64,000 nt of DNA from NCBI RefSeq assembly GCF_009914755.1, contig NC_060934.1; one strand, given 5' to 3'. The stretch's first letter is position 1. Each line of letters starts with the position of its first letter. The notes beneath the pieces are model-generated. The model did no database searches, had not been told where the DNA came from, and saw only the letters and a program-made list of their open reading frames with translations. Below, one piece after another: positions 1 through 17,297 of this stretch. Made by a program: the position numbers and the translations under genes. This stretch comes from the human T2T-CHM13v2.0 reference genome, Homo sapiens.

Positions 1-925
1 AAGCAGAGTGTTGCACTCACAGCACGCGCTTAATAAATATGTACACTTTAGTCTTGATTTACTCCAGACCCCAGATGAAGTTCACGGTAGAAGGAGATTG
101 GAACTGTTATCTTCTGTCCCACTTGGGGACATATGTCACAGAAGTCCTTTTATATGAATTGGCTGTGCTTTTTCTTACCCTGCCAAGCTGGAAGAGGGAT
201 GGCAGGCTTTTGGAGCTGACATAACTACAGCATTGATTAAGAAAAAATAACTGACTGTCAATTTAATTAAATAGCTAGGGATATGCAGCCCCAGTCTCAG
301 GCTATTTGCTTCAGGGCAAAACTAGCGTGGGAAGGGTGATCTGGGCCTGTGATCTGGTGGCTCCTCTTCCAGGAGATTTTGGAAGTTGAATAAATTTTCA
401 CGACTACTCACTTCATCCATCAGAGACTCAATTAAATTAATCTATGAAATACATGGAAATAGTTCTTTCCACACCAAGCCTCTGCAAAAAGGTTGACTAG
501 AGCAAACTCGCAAGTGACAAATCTTGGTGCAAGTCACATTTCTGAAAATTTTCAATCCACTCTATTTTTATTGTAATCAATGGATCTGTGTTTTAAACAG
601 CAGGCATTTATTAGTTCCCCACTGTGTGCTCAGTAGCTGCGTTAGAAGCTATGTGGACTACAGAGTAGGAGAAGCTGTCCTTGCATTTATGACTTTTTTT
701 GGTGTCTGTTCTGAGAAAATCTTTTAGTGTACAATACTGAATATTCATAAAAGGATTTTGTGCCAGACCAGACAGAGAGCCTGAGAGAAGCATCAGGGCT
801 GGGCCAGGCCACTGGAGAAACAACACAGGCATCCGTGTTTGAGGTATATTTAGTTCTATTTCCTTCTAAATGGCTGTGCAATATGGGCAAGTTGTTTAAC
901 CAGTATCAATTTGATTCTTATCTTT

Positions 926-1287
926 TGTACTAGTCAGTACTCATGCTGTTAAAAAAGACATACGTGAGACTGGGTAATTTATGAAGAAAAAGAGGTTTAA
1001 TGAACTCACAGGTCCACGATGCCTGGGGAAACCTCACAGTCATGTCAGAAGGCAAAGGAGGAGAAAGTCATGTCTTACATGGTGGCAGGCAAGAGAGTAG
1101 GTGCAGGGGAACTCCCCTTTATAAAACCATCAGATGTAACGAGACTTATTTCACTATCATGAGAACAGCATGGGAAAAACCCACCCCCGTGATTAAATTA
1201 CATCCCACTGGGTCCCTTCCACAACACGTGGGGATTATTACAATTCAAGGTGAGATTTGGGTGGGGACACAAAGCTAAACTATATCA
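926..1287 (-). mobile_element. THE1-type MaLR solo LTR
   Basis: Reverse complement of the THE1 start (...GAGATTTGGGTGGGGACACAAAGCTAAACTATATCA) and end (TGTACTAGTC...); flanked by a degenerate 5-bp TSD TCTTT/CCTTT. Confidence 0.85.
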
Positions 1288-1427
1288 CCTTTATAACAGG
1301 CCTTATACAGGACACTGTTGATAGAATCCAATGAGGTCTAGAGAGCAAGGCTTCGAACTCACCCAACTCAGTAAATACTTGTTAGTCTTGTGTATGGAAG
1401 GTCAGCGGGGATGGCATTGGATGGGTT

Positions 1428-1723
1428 CTTTTTTTTTTTCTGAGACAGAGTCTCGCTCTGTCGCCCAGGCTGGAGTGCAGTGGTGTGATCTCCGCTCACT
1501 GCAAGCTCCACCTCCCTGGGTTCACACCATTCTCCTGCCTCAGCCTCCCGAGTAGCTGGGACTACAGGCACCCACCACCATGCCCGGCTAATTTTTTGTA
1601 TTTTTAGTAGAGATGGGGTTTCACTGTGTTAGCCAGGATGGTCTCAATCTCCTGACCTTGTGATCTGCCTGCCTCAGCTTCCCAAAGTGCTGGGATTACA
1701 GGCGTGAGCCACCGTGCCCAGCC
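1428..1723 (-). mobile_element. AluY
   Basis: Full dimer with poly-T on the plus strand, AluY diagnostics (GCAAGCTCC, GTTAGCCAGGATGG), TSD TTGGATGGG(T/C)T. Confidence 0.93.
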
Positions 1724-2763
1724 TTGGATGGGCTTTTGATGAACTATCTCTGCCTCAAGAACCACTCCCAAAACTTAGTGGTTTAAACAACAACCGTGAC
1801 TCTTGGGTTGACTGGGGCTCAGCAGGCCAGTGCCTTTTCACTTTGAAGATGGTGCTGGATACTTGTGCTGCTCCATGTGGCATCTGGACCTCTGGGGCTT
1901 CTCCACATTGGCCTCTTTCTCTATGCTAGACTTTTCACATGGTCAGCCTGGGGCTCCAAGAGAAAGAATTAGAAGTGGTCAGGCTTTCTCAGTGCCTGGG
2001 CTTGCAAGTCTCAGGATGGTGCTTCTCCACATTTTTACTGGTCAAAGCAGTTACAGGCCTAGCGAGAAATAAAGCTCAGATTCTACCTCCTGAAAGGAAG
2101 GCAGAGATGATTGGGGATAGTCTTGGGCCCCTTGAAACCCCAGCTGCAGAGCCCTTCCCCAACAGCCTCTTGGTGTTTGGGAGACATGCAGGTCCCGTTT
2201 TCTGTTATGATCATCCACATGCATTTTGAATAGAGGGAGGAAAACCCGTTGCTGTCAGGTAGGTGGGTGGGTAAGCCACTTCTTTGATGTGTAGTCTTTC
2301 TCAGATCCAGTTCTTTGATGTCTAGGACTTCAAGTTTGACTTTGCCAGGTCAGGGCAGTTAGGGTTTTTTTTTTTTTTTTTCTCCTAAGGTTCTCAAGGA
2401 CTTATTTACATGAACAAATCTCACAGGGGAGTGATGTGTAACTTAGATTATTATGTGTTTATTTACAATGGCACAGTTACTTTTTCTTCAACAAAACATC
2501 TGGGAGGCTGAATTCTTTTTTTTTTTTTTTCTTATTTATTTACTTATTTATTTTTATTATTATACTTTCAGTTTTAGGGTACATGTGCACATTGTGCAGG
2601 TTAGTTACATATGTATACATGTGCCATGCTGGTGCGCTGCACCCACTAACTCGTCATCTAGCATTAGGTATATCTCCCAATGCTATCCCTCCCCCCTCCC
2701 CCCACCCCACCACAGTCCCCAGAGTGTGATATTCCCCTTCCTGTGTCCATGTGATCTCATTGT

Positions 2764-6592
<3,829 letters not shown>

Positions 6593-6655
6593 TATGATGT
6601 TAGCTGGTGATTTTGCTCGTTAGTTGATGCAGTTTCTTCGTAGTCTCGATGGTCT

Positions 6656-7672
6656 TTACATTTTGGCATGATTTTGCAGTGGCTGGTACCGGTTGTTCCT
6701 TTCCATGTTTAGCGCTTCCTTCAGGAGCTCTTTTAGGGCAGGCCTGGTGGTGACAAAATCTCTCAGCATTTGCTTGTCTGTAAAGTATTTTATTTCTCCT
6801 TCACTTATGAAGCTTAGTTTGGCTGGATATGAAATTCTGGGTTGAAAATTCTTTTCTTTAAGAATGTTGAATATTGGCCCCCACTCTCTTCTGGCTTGTA
6901 GGGTTTCTGCCGAGAGATCAGCTGTTAGTCTGATGGGCTTCCCTTTGAGGGTAACCTGACCTTTCTCTCTGGCTGCCCTTAACATTTTTTCCTTCATTTC
7001 AACTTTGGTGAATCTGACAATTACGTGTCTTGGAGTTGCTCTTCTCGAGGAGTATCTTTGTGGCGTTCTCTGTATTTCCTGAATCTGAACGTTGGCCTGC
7101 CTTGCTAGATTGGGGAAGTTCTCCTGGATAATATCCTGAAGAGTGTTTTCCAACTTGGTTCCATTCTCCCCGTCACTTTCAGGTACACCAATCAGACGTA
7201 GATTTGGTCTTTTCACATAGTCCCATATTTCTTGGAGGCTTTGCTCATTTCTTTTTATTCTTTTTTCTCTAAACTTCCCTTCTTGCTTCATTTCATTCAT
7301 TTCATCTTCCATTGCTGATACCCTTTCTTCCAGTTGATCGCATCGGCTCCTGAGGCTTCTGCATTCTTCACGTAGTTCTCGAGCCTTGGTTTTCAGTTCC
7401 ATCAGCTCCTTTAAGTACTTCTCTGTATTGGTTATTCTAGTTATACATTCTTCTAAATTTTTTTCAAAGTTTTCAACTTCTTTGCCTTTGGTTTGAATGT
7501 CCTCCCGTAGCTCAGAGTAATTTGATCGTCTGAAACCTTCTTCTCTCAGCTCGTGAAAGTCATTCTCCATCCAGCTTTGTTCCATTGCTGGTGAGGAACT
7601 GCGTTCCTTTGGAGGAGGAGAGGTGCTCTGCGTTTTAGAGTTTCCAGTTTTTCTGTTCTGTTTTTTCCCCAT
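6656..7672 (-). CDS. ORF1: L1 ORF1p RNA-binding protein, intact 338 aa
   Basis: MGKKQNRKTGNSK...QNHAKM at canonical length; REKG, ARR and YPAKLS motifs retained; PESDGENG is the pre-L1HS residue. Confidence 0.96.
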   Translation of the reverse strand: MGKKQNRKTGNSKTQSTSPPPKERSSSPAMEQSWMENDFHELREEGFRRSNYSELREDIQTKGKEVENFEKNLEECITRITNTEKYLKELMELKTKARELREECRSLRSRCDQLEERVSAMEDEMNEMKQEGKFREKRIKRNEQSLQEIWDYVKRPNLRLIGVPESDGENGTKLENTLQDIIQENFPNLARQANVQIQEIQRTPQRYSSRRATPRHVIVRFTKVEMKEKMLRAAREKGQVTLKGKPIRLTADLSAETLQARREWGPIFNILKEKNFQPRISYPAKLSFISEGEIKYFTDKQMLRDFVTTRPALKELLKEALNMERNNRYQPLQNHAKM

Positions 7673-8583
7673 CTTTGTGGTTTTATCTACTTTTGGTCTT
7701 TGATGATGGTGATGTACAGATGGGTTTTTGGTGTGGATGTCCTTTCTGTTTGTTAGTTTTCCTTCGAACAGACAGGACCCTCAGCTGCAGGTCTGTTGGA
7801 ATACCCTGCCGTGTGAGGTGTCAGTGTGCCCCTGCTGGGGGGTGCCTCCCAGTTAGGCTGCTCAGGGGTCGGGGGTCTCAGGGTTCAGGGACCCCCTTGA
7901 GGAGGCAGTCTGCCCATTCTCAGATCTCCAGCTGTGTGCTGGGAGAACCACTGCTCTCTTCAAAGCTGTCAGACAGGGACATTTAAGTCTGCAGAGGTTA
8001 CTGCTGTCTTTTTGTTTGTCTGTGCCCTGCCCCCAGAGGTGGAGCCTACAGAGGCAGGCAGGCCTCCTTGAGCTGTGGTGGGCTCCACCCAGTTCGAGCT
8101 TCCTGGCTGCTTTGTTTACCTAAGCAAGCCTGGGCAATGATGGGCGCCCCTCCCCCAACCTCGCTGCCGCCTTGCAGTTTGATCTCAGACTGCTGTGCTA
8201 TCAATCAGCGAGACTCCGTGGGCATAGGACCCTTGAGCCAGGTGCAGGATATAATCTCGTGGTGCGCCGTTTTTTAAGCCGGTCTGAAAAGCGTAATATT
8301 CGGGTTGGAGTGACCCGATTTTCCAGGTGCGTCCGTCACCCCTTTCTTTGACTCGGAAAGGGAACTCCCTGACCCCTTGCGCTTCCCAAGTGAGGCAATG
8401 CCTCGCCCTGCTTCGGCTCGTGCACGGTGCGCGCACCCACTGACCTGCGCCCACTGTCTGGCACTCCCTAGTGAGATGAACCCGGTACCTCAGACAGAAA
8501 TGCAGAAATCACCCGTCTTCTGCGTCGCTCACGCTGGGAGCTGTAGACCTGAGCTGTTCCTATTCGGCCATCTTGGCTCCTCC
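7673..8583 (-). promoter_or_regulatory. L1 5'UTR: internal sense promoter, antisense promoter, YY1 site
   Basis: CpG-rich L1 5'UTR; YY1 motif AAGATGGCCG intact (plus-strand CGGCCATCTT, 8565-8574). Confidence 0.88.
8137..8277 (+). pseudogene. ORF0: L1 antisense ORF0, frameshifted and truncated (46 codons)
   Basis: MMGAPPPTSLPPCSLISDCCAINQRDSVGIGP matches the ORF0 N-terminus. GGACCCTTGAGCC is one base shorter than the recalled consensus, giving LSQVQDIISWCAVF* instead of the ~71-aa product. Confidence 0.82.
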
Positions 8584-9489
8584 AGGCTGAATTCTTCATC
8601 GGAGAACTTCAGTCATGGACTCAGGCAAGGGCACAGGGATTCTTGAGTAATATCTTATTCAACGTGGAAAACCATGACAGAACTAATCCAATGCAGGGTC
8701 TCCAACTTGGCTTTGGCATTTCCTTTTCCAAGGACCATGCAGATCCTGCTTGTGCATATACATTTTTTCCACCTACATTAATACCATTGAGAAAAGTGCA
8801 GACACCGAGGAAGGTCTTGATCCGATCTGAATTCTATTCTTCCTGCTATGCCTTGAGAAGGTTCAGATATTTGAGGGTGACTTGCAGAATGCTCATGTCT
8901 CCATGCAGCGCTAGCTTCAATAGCATAATTAATTGCCACATTCAGAGTGTGGGTGAGCCATGAAGGCTTTCTGTACATCGACTGTGGCGGAGACAGGCAT
9001 GCCAACAATATGCCATGGCTCAGAGTGAGTGTGAGAAGTGCTTACACTGGGCAAGCAAACACATTGCCAGGAGAACTTTCAGGAGAGCCACATTCATTTC
9101 AAGTGGTCAGAGCCAGGAGGTCTTTATGGAGGAGGTAGCTGGACAAGATTGAAGAGACTGGCTTTTCCAGGGTTCTGGAAAAACATAAAGCGGGGCAGGG
9201 GAAAAGCGCATGGCATTTAGGGAATACTGCTAGATTAGTATGAACTCTAAAGGGTCATAGATATGCAGATTGGGATGACTAGTGTGATTATTCACTATGT
9301 CTTGTTTTGAATTCTCCAACTAAGGTGAACATTCCTTGAATGTCAAGGCATGTCTTATTCTGAAGTTTCTTGGCACTGACTTTTTATAAGATTAGGTAGT
9401 GAGGTGATGGACACTCAAGGGGAGAAGGATGGCAAGGTAGGTAGACTCATTGTCCCTAAGAGAATTCCACCAAATTCCTGACACACTGA

Positions 9490-9990
9490 ATTCAATGAGA
9501 TACAACACCCACAGATATGTTACCTTACAGGGTAAAAGGGACTTTCCAAATGGAATTAAGATGACTAAGCAGAGATTTTAAAATGGGAGGATTATCATGG
9601 ATCATCTAGGTAGACCTTGTGTAATCATGCAAGCCCTTAAAACAGAGGAAGAAGAGGAAGCCAGAGATTCAACATTCAGGAAGCATTCAACATGACATGT
9701 TGGCTTGATTGAAGGGACCAGGTGTCAAGGAAATGGCAACCTTAGTTCTACAACCACAAGGAACTGAATTCTGCCAATAACTTGAATAAGGCTGGGAGTG
9801 GATTCTCCCTCAGAGCCTCCAGATAAGGTCCTAAGTTGGCCAACACCTTGATTTTGGCCTTGTGAGACCCTGAGCAAAGAATCCAGCCACAGCATGCTGG
9901 ACTTTAAGCTACAGAAACCTTGAGGTGATAAAAGTATGTGTTTTTTAAAAGACACAGTGTATGCATTGTTTGGGTGGCATTGGGAAACTA
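9490..9990 (+). mobile_element. MLT1-type MaLR LTR (approximate boundaries)
   Basis: Typical MLT1 motifs: AAGGAACTGAATTCTGCCAATAACTTGAAT, GATTCTCCCTCAGAGCCTCCAG, CAACACCTTGATTTTGGCC, terminal GAAACTAACA. Confidence 0.75.
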
Positions 9991-11207
9991 ACAGAGATGA
10001 CACACTTTCTTCTCCTCATCAGCTTCAGCTCGAGGTTCTCCTTAGTCTTCCATGGGGAGGCCAGTACCACAGGCGTGTCATTATTGTCTTGGTCTGGAAG
10101 AGGTGGCCAATGGGCGGCAATTCATTTGGGATTTGGGGAGTTGGGCTTGACGCTGGGCTCCAGGCTGCTGGACTAGTCTGTGGAAGACACTTGAGAAATG
10201 GCTTCCACAGAAGGACACCTGGGCTGCCTTCTTTCCACCCTTGCCTCCTCAGGGGGCCTGAGCAGATATTGGCTTGTCCTGGGCTCCCTTTTCATCTCTC
10301 CTCCACCTCCTGGTCGACTCTGCCAAATTTCCTTCCCACAAAATGTCTTGATGATGAAGTGGGTTCTGTCACTCAAACTATCCTTAAAGCTCCCTTCCCT
10401 GATGACTGTCTTAACTCGGTGCTGGTCAGATTTTGGGAATTAGCACTAAACACTAATGTATACATGCAGTTATCCAGGCCTGGTAGAGGGTATTTGCAAT
10501 CTCCAAGAGAAAGTTTAACTCCAATTTTTAAAATTCGTTACACAGGTATTGAATTTTATTTCTTCCTCTCTTTTGTTAACATTGAGAAGGTTTTCGTTTT
10601 TCTTCACCTTTTACAAAATAATCTCTTCTTCATTTGGTCAATTTACCCTTTAAGGCTCAAAGCCACCTCCTCTGTGGAGCATTTCTTGATTCCTTGCAAC
10701 ATGGTCCTCATCCTCTCCTGTATTTGCACACACCACAGCTGTCATCCTTATCAGACTCTACAGAGGGCTCTCACGAGGTGTTGCCTCCACTTCTGGACCA
10801 TAGCTCCTTACATGTTGTGTTGCCACAGCACCCAGGATAATGTTCTGGGTGTCCAGGGGTTGCTCAGTAAAATGATGGGAAAGAAGCAATGAATGCAGAA
10901 GCAGCCTGCTGAAAAACCAACAGATGGGACCTGCCAGATTGCAAAAAGCAGCTGTATGTAAGGCATAAAAACCAAGGCAGTTAATTAAAAACATTTTTAT
11001 TTGACCTGATTAAAAAGAAGTTAAAGCTATGAGAAGTTTCTGCTGAGGAATTAGGGATATGAGTCAGGTGAGCAGTAATGTGAACTCTAGGGGGAAAGAG
11101 AGGTAGAAGAGTCAGGAGTCCTTGGCTGGAGCCCTAGCAGGCCACCAGCCCACGGGGACCTTGGCCCTTGGGCTGTTGTCCACACAAGGCAATGAAGATT
11201 TGCATTC

Positions 11208-11498
11208 TTTTTTTTTTTGAGATGGAGTCTCACTCTGTTGCCTGGGCTGGAGTGCAGTGGCACATCTTGGCTTACTGCAACCTTTGCCTCCTGGGTTCAA
11301 GCGATTCTCCTTCCTCAGCCTCCCGAGGAGTTGGGATTACAGGTGCCCACCACTACGCCCAGCTAATTTTTTGTATTTTTAGTAGAGATGGGTTTTCACT
11401 GTGTTGGCCAGGCTGGACTCAAACTCCTGACCTTGTGATTTGCCCACCTCGGCCTCCCGAAGTGCTGGGATTACAGGGATGAGCGACTGCGCCTGGCC
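11208..11498 (-). mobile_element. AluS (Sg/Sc-like)
   Basis: Full dimer with poly-T; TSD core GATTTGCATT on both sides. Confidence 0.92.
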
Positions 11499-11909
11499 TA
11501 GGATTTGCATTTTTTGAGTACTTAGGGCTCTTCCCACAGGCATCTAATGTGCCTCCTAATATCAGGGACATCTTCTGAATATCAGGAATCAATATATTCC
11601 CTGGAGGGTGAAAATATATATTCCTAATGGACAGCTTTCCTCCTAGACAAAAGGTTGCTTCTTGGTGGGCGGAGTAGTAGAAAGAGTCTTGGAATTCAGC
11701 TTCTACCATGTGACCTTGGCCAATTTTCTAAGTCACAGTTTCCTTGACAATTGGGGAAATTAACCTTTGCTTCATTGGTTTGTTGTGAAGATTAAATTAT
11801 TTAACATATAGAGGACATCCACTTTAAGATGGCCTCAGGCAATCAGCACTTGAAAGAGTTTTCTCCCAATTACTGTGTGAATACTAAAGAAATTATACAA
11901 AAACAGTAG

Positions 11910-12360
<451 letters not shown>

Positions 12361-12848
12361 TGACCTCTCTTTTTCTTATCAATGCAGGTGACTTATAACA
12401 TTGTTTGGTAATCTAGTATCAATCTACACCAAAACTACCCCAGAATTTTTAGCTGCTTTGTTGGCATGGTTCTGTCCACTGTCCTCTCTGAAAGGAGTGG
12501 TGCCAGTTGCTCGGGAATAGGTAGGAAGAACAACTAACCCTCTCCCCACTGTCTTCCCGTGGGTCAGAGACAGAGTCTGTCCCAACCAGGAAACAGGCAC
12601 TTCCACAGGATCTCTTCTGTTTCATTTAGAGTCCACAACTCTTATATACAACCACACGGAGGGACTGGCTGTTGTGGACTGGATCTTAGGGACTGTTATT
12701 AAAAATGATGGAGAAAAGCTGAACCCTGGGAACAGGGAATGCTGGGGGTGGATAGTGGTTTAAAGGTTTTTATAAATTGCATTTGGTCAAGGGAGAATCT
12801 TTAACTTATTCTCATCTTCACTAGAAATTACATCCTTTGCCTTAATGT

Positions 12849-13849
12849 TGTTACAGTGGGTAGCTAGTCAGACACTAACAGGGCAGGAGAGGGACCCCCA
12901 CGCCCCACCAGGAAAGTCAAGCAACCATCAGGTTATGGTCAGGTAGTTGTCACACTGCCTCTCTAAAATAATAGGTTGCAGCCAGTGCCAGGGAAAGTCA
13001 GTCTCCCAATAGATAGGAAACACCTGAAACATGATCAGCACTTCCTTATAAGATCTCAGGAGTTGGGCCAATGGGCTCAGTCATGTACATTAAGAGGCAA
13101 GGTGGGCTGGGCATAGTGGCTCACGCCTGTAATCCCAGCACTTTGGGAGGCCAAGGCAGGTGGATCACAAGGTCAGGAGTTCAAGACCAGCCTGGCCAAG
13201 ATGGTGAAACCCCGTCTCTACTAAAAATACAAAAATTAGCCAGGTGTGGTGGTGGACACCTGTAATCTCAGCTACTTCTAAGGCTGAGGCAGAGAATTGC
13301 TTGAACCTGTGAGGCAGAGGTTGCAGTGAGCTGAGATCATGCAACTGCACTCCAGCCTGGGTGACAGAGTGAGACGCTATCTCAAAAAAAAAAAAAAAAG
13401 CAAAATGGTGGAATATGACCTTCCAGGGACATTCCACTGGAAAAGGGAATAATGCCTCCGGTGAGCATACATACAACTCCTGTAAACACACTGCACATGC
13501 TCAGCTCCCAGGCACTAGTAGGCCACCACGCATGCGGGCAGCTCAACCCAAGGGAAGAATCAAGGGAAAAGGGATGCAAGAAGCTGGGAGTATGCCAGCA
13601 TATAAAACCCAAAGTCCAAGGTCAAACAGTGCACTAGTCCTCCAAGACGTCCACTTGACTCTCTTCCGAGTATACTTTTCATTTCTGCTCTAAATCTTTT
13701 TAATAAACTTCACTCTTGCTCTAAAACTTGCTTCAGTCTCTTCTTCTGCCCCTCAGTTGAATTCTTTCTTCTGAGGAGGCAAAAATTGAGGTTTCTGCAG
13801 ACCCGTACAGATTCGCTGCCGATAACTTGGATACCCGCCACCCTTAATG
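12849..13849 (+). mobile_element. ERV1 solo LTR, MER50-like, interrupted by an Alu
   Basis: Starts TGTTACAGTGGGTAGCTAGTCAGAC; TATAAAA at ~13601 and AATAAA at ~13702; 4-bp TSD ATGT at 12845-12848 and 13850-13853. Confidence 0.8.
13105..13399 (+). mobile_element. AluSg-like inside the MER50-like LTR
   Basis: Full dimer with poly-A; GGATCACAAGGTCAGGAGTTC short-form left arm. Confidence 0.92.
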
Positions 13850-14244
13850 ATGTCAGGCCATTTTGGTTCATCAGAGCAGTAGGAAGTAAACTTGCATCTT
13901 GGAGTTCTCATTTCTAAAATAGAGATTGCAACGTCTATGTCATAGGCCTGTTAGGGAGATTAAAATAGTTCTCAATTCAGAGTATTTGGTTCTTAGTACC
14001 TAGTAAGGCCTCAATGAATATATTATTATCAATTATAATGATTAATCCCATAACTGCATTGCTAAGGTAAGCCATCCACCCTATTAACAAATACCAGGCT
14101 TAGCTAGAAAGAGCCATGTTTAAGGATGAAATAGCAGAAAAACAAAATAATCAAGAAACAGAATGAGGCCTTCCAAAGAATCCTGAAGCAAAAAGTTATT
14201 TCTAATTGAACACATAAGAACATTTACCTAGCATGTGTGTTTCA

Positions 14245-14658
<414 letters not shown>

Positions 14659-15413
14659 TTACACTCAAAAAAGACTTTCAGAAAAATGAAAGAAATCAAG
14701 CTGTGCATCCAGTTGTTGGCATAACCATGCAGAAAGGAAATATTCCAAGTGACACTAAAACACAGTGTTTTGACATCTCCTGTGGGTTATTCCCAAAGGA
14801 CAAGAAGAACTGCCAAATATCTTCAATTTTACTCAGAATGCCTGTTGGTGGTAGTAGTGTTGACATTGATATTCTGAGACTGTTGTGTGTGTATCATGGA
14901 AATGAATCAAATGAGTGATTATGTTGTTGACATTGAGAACTGAGGGTTTTGGCATGGTTGAAAGGAGGAAAACATGTGAGATGGATGAGGTTAAATGAAA
15001 ACTGTAACTTTGAATTTGAATTGTCACTGTGAACTGTATTTTACCTTAAAAATTTTCCTGTCAGTCAACTAAGAGACTGAGAGGTGGTGGCCAGCTTAGT
15101 GGCTTTGAGCATCCCCAGCATGCAATCTGTGATCTCTAATGCCATTTGCCACTAAGAAGAACCAAGTCTTCTTGGAGAATTGGCTGATTCTAAGTATGAG
15201 GAAGGAAATGTTCAAGAAGAGCTTAAAATGACTTGTCATACTAGATAGCAAAGAAGCTATTAAATACCACTAGAGATAGGTTAAGGGACTTAGAGACCAC
15301 CTAAGAACCTTCCATAGGCCAAAGATGGGACATATTTGTCTTCCAGAATGATGATAATTGTGATGAATTAAAACACTTTGAATAGGTTTCAATGCAAGTG
15401 TTCATAATGATAA

Positions 15414-15800
<387 letters not shown>

Positions 15801-16523
15801 TATTCTGCCTTTCTTATACAATTTCTTTCTTTGAGTAATGGGTTGAGAGAAATTCTCTATGTAGAAGAATTTCAGCTGATAAGCCAAGAATGACAGAATT
15901 AGACTATTTCCAGGCTCTAAAGATATAATCCAGGTAGAGTCAGACAATGCTTATAAATGGTGATAATATCACAAAAAAGAGACATAACCAGACATTTATG
16001 TATGTTCTGATCAAAACAAACACCGATTTTCAGGAAATGCAGGGGACAAAGGAAGATGTTAATGATACGATAGGGATGCAAACAGCAAAATCTAGAGTAT
16101 ATTAAACTCTACATGACAGATGGCTGGTTTTTAAAGGAAAGGAAGAAAACCAAACAACAACAACAAAAACAAAACACACAGAAAATCCAAGGAAAAAAGA
16201 GAAATGGAGGAAATCTACAAATTAAGAGAGATTTAAGAGACATCCACAAAGTTGATTTTTGTTTCAAACAAACTGTTTAAAAAAACCTAGTAAGACATTT
16301 AGAAAAATCTGAACACTGATTGTATGTGTTTATGCTAAAGAAGTTTTGTGAATTGTTTTGGGTATGATTGTGAAATTCCAGATTTGTCTTCAAAAGAGTA
16401 ATCATCTTTTACAGATACATACTGAAACAATACTTACAGATGAAATGATAGGTCTACTTTTGTAAACATTTAAAACAGTTCATAGTAAAAAGATAACGGG
16501 GAAAAAAAAGACTTCCAGGAAAA

Positions 16524-17297
16524 TGAGGACTAAGCTCTGATTTTTTAATCTTGCCCAAATTCCTATCTAAGGGGTCTGGGGAATCATGCCCTACAAACCA
16601 TAACTTCTCATCAGATGGGTTTTATTTAACCTTATATATTGTGACTTACTTTGAATCTGACTCTGACATAACCTTACGAGACAAGGAAGAAAATCAAAAT
16701 ATTTTACCCCAAAACATGTTTCTTTACCATATCTTAAAATGGCTCTGCAAAGCTTTCCTTTGTGGGGGAAAATTTACAGCTGTAAAGAATCTCTATTAAC
16801 ATAGCTAGCTCTTTTTCTTCCAGGCCCTCTCAATCCTAAAGAGATTAACTAAGAGTCTAGCACCTTTTAAAGATCTGAATAGGAAACATTTGTCATCTAT
16901 TTTCTCTAGGGCAGCCACCATAAGACTTCAAAAGAACTTTGGTCTCCACAATATTTTATCTTAACCTGAATGTTTCCTATCATCCCAGGTCTTTAGACAA
17001 ACTCAACCAGTTGGCAACCAGAAAATGTTTAAATTTACCTATAGTCTGGAAGCCTTGTCCCCTGCTTCCTGCTTTGAGTTGTTCTGCCTTTCTGGACCAC
17101 ACCGTTGTTTTTCTTAAATGTATTTGATTGATGTCTCATGCCTCCCTAAAATGTGTAAAACGAAGCTGTACCCTGACCACCTTGGGCACATGTTCTCAGG
17201 ACCACTTGAGGGCTGTGTCATGGGCCATGGTCACTCATATTTGGCTCAGAATAAATCTCTTCAAATATTTTACAGAGTTTTACTGTTTCCATCAACA
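16524..17297 (+). mobile_element. ERV1 solo LTR, MER4 family (MER4D/E-like)
   Basis: TGAGGACTAAGCTCTGATTTT...CCTATCTAAGGGGTCTGGGG start; GGCTCAGAATAAATCTCTTCAAATATTTTACAGAG...TCAACA end; AAAA on both flanks. Confidence 0.85.

Noticed and set aside
2518-2560. Possible 3' transduction at the L1 tail
   Set aside because: Only a patterned A-rich tail lies between the 3'UTR and the TSD; there is no unique sequence.
9936-10892. 318-aa plus-strand ORF, the longest not clearly TE-coded
   Set aside because: Starts inside an MLT1 LTR, has random-like Leu/Cys/His-rich composition and no recognisable domain; most likely a chance ORF. Ortholog conservation or Ribo-seq would be needed to revive it.
11168-11482. 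Many 60-130 aa ORFs with [16 protein letters not shown] or WDYR motifs across the window
   Set aside because: Alu-derived reading frames.
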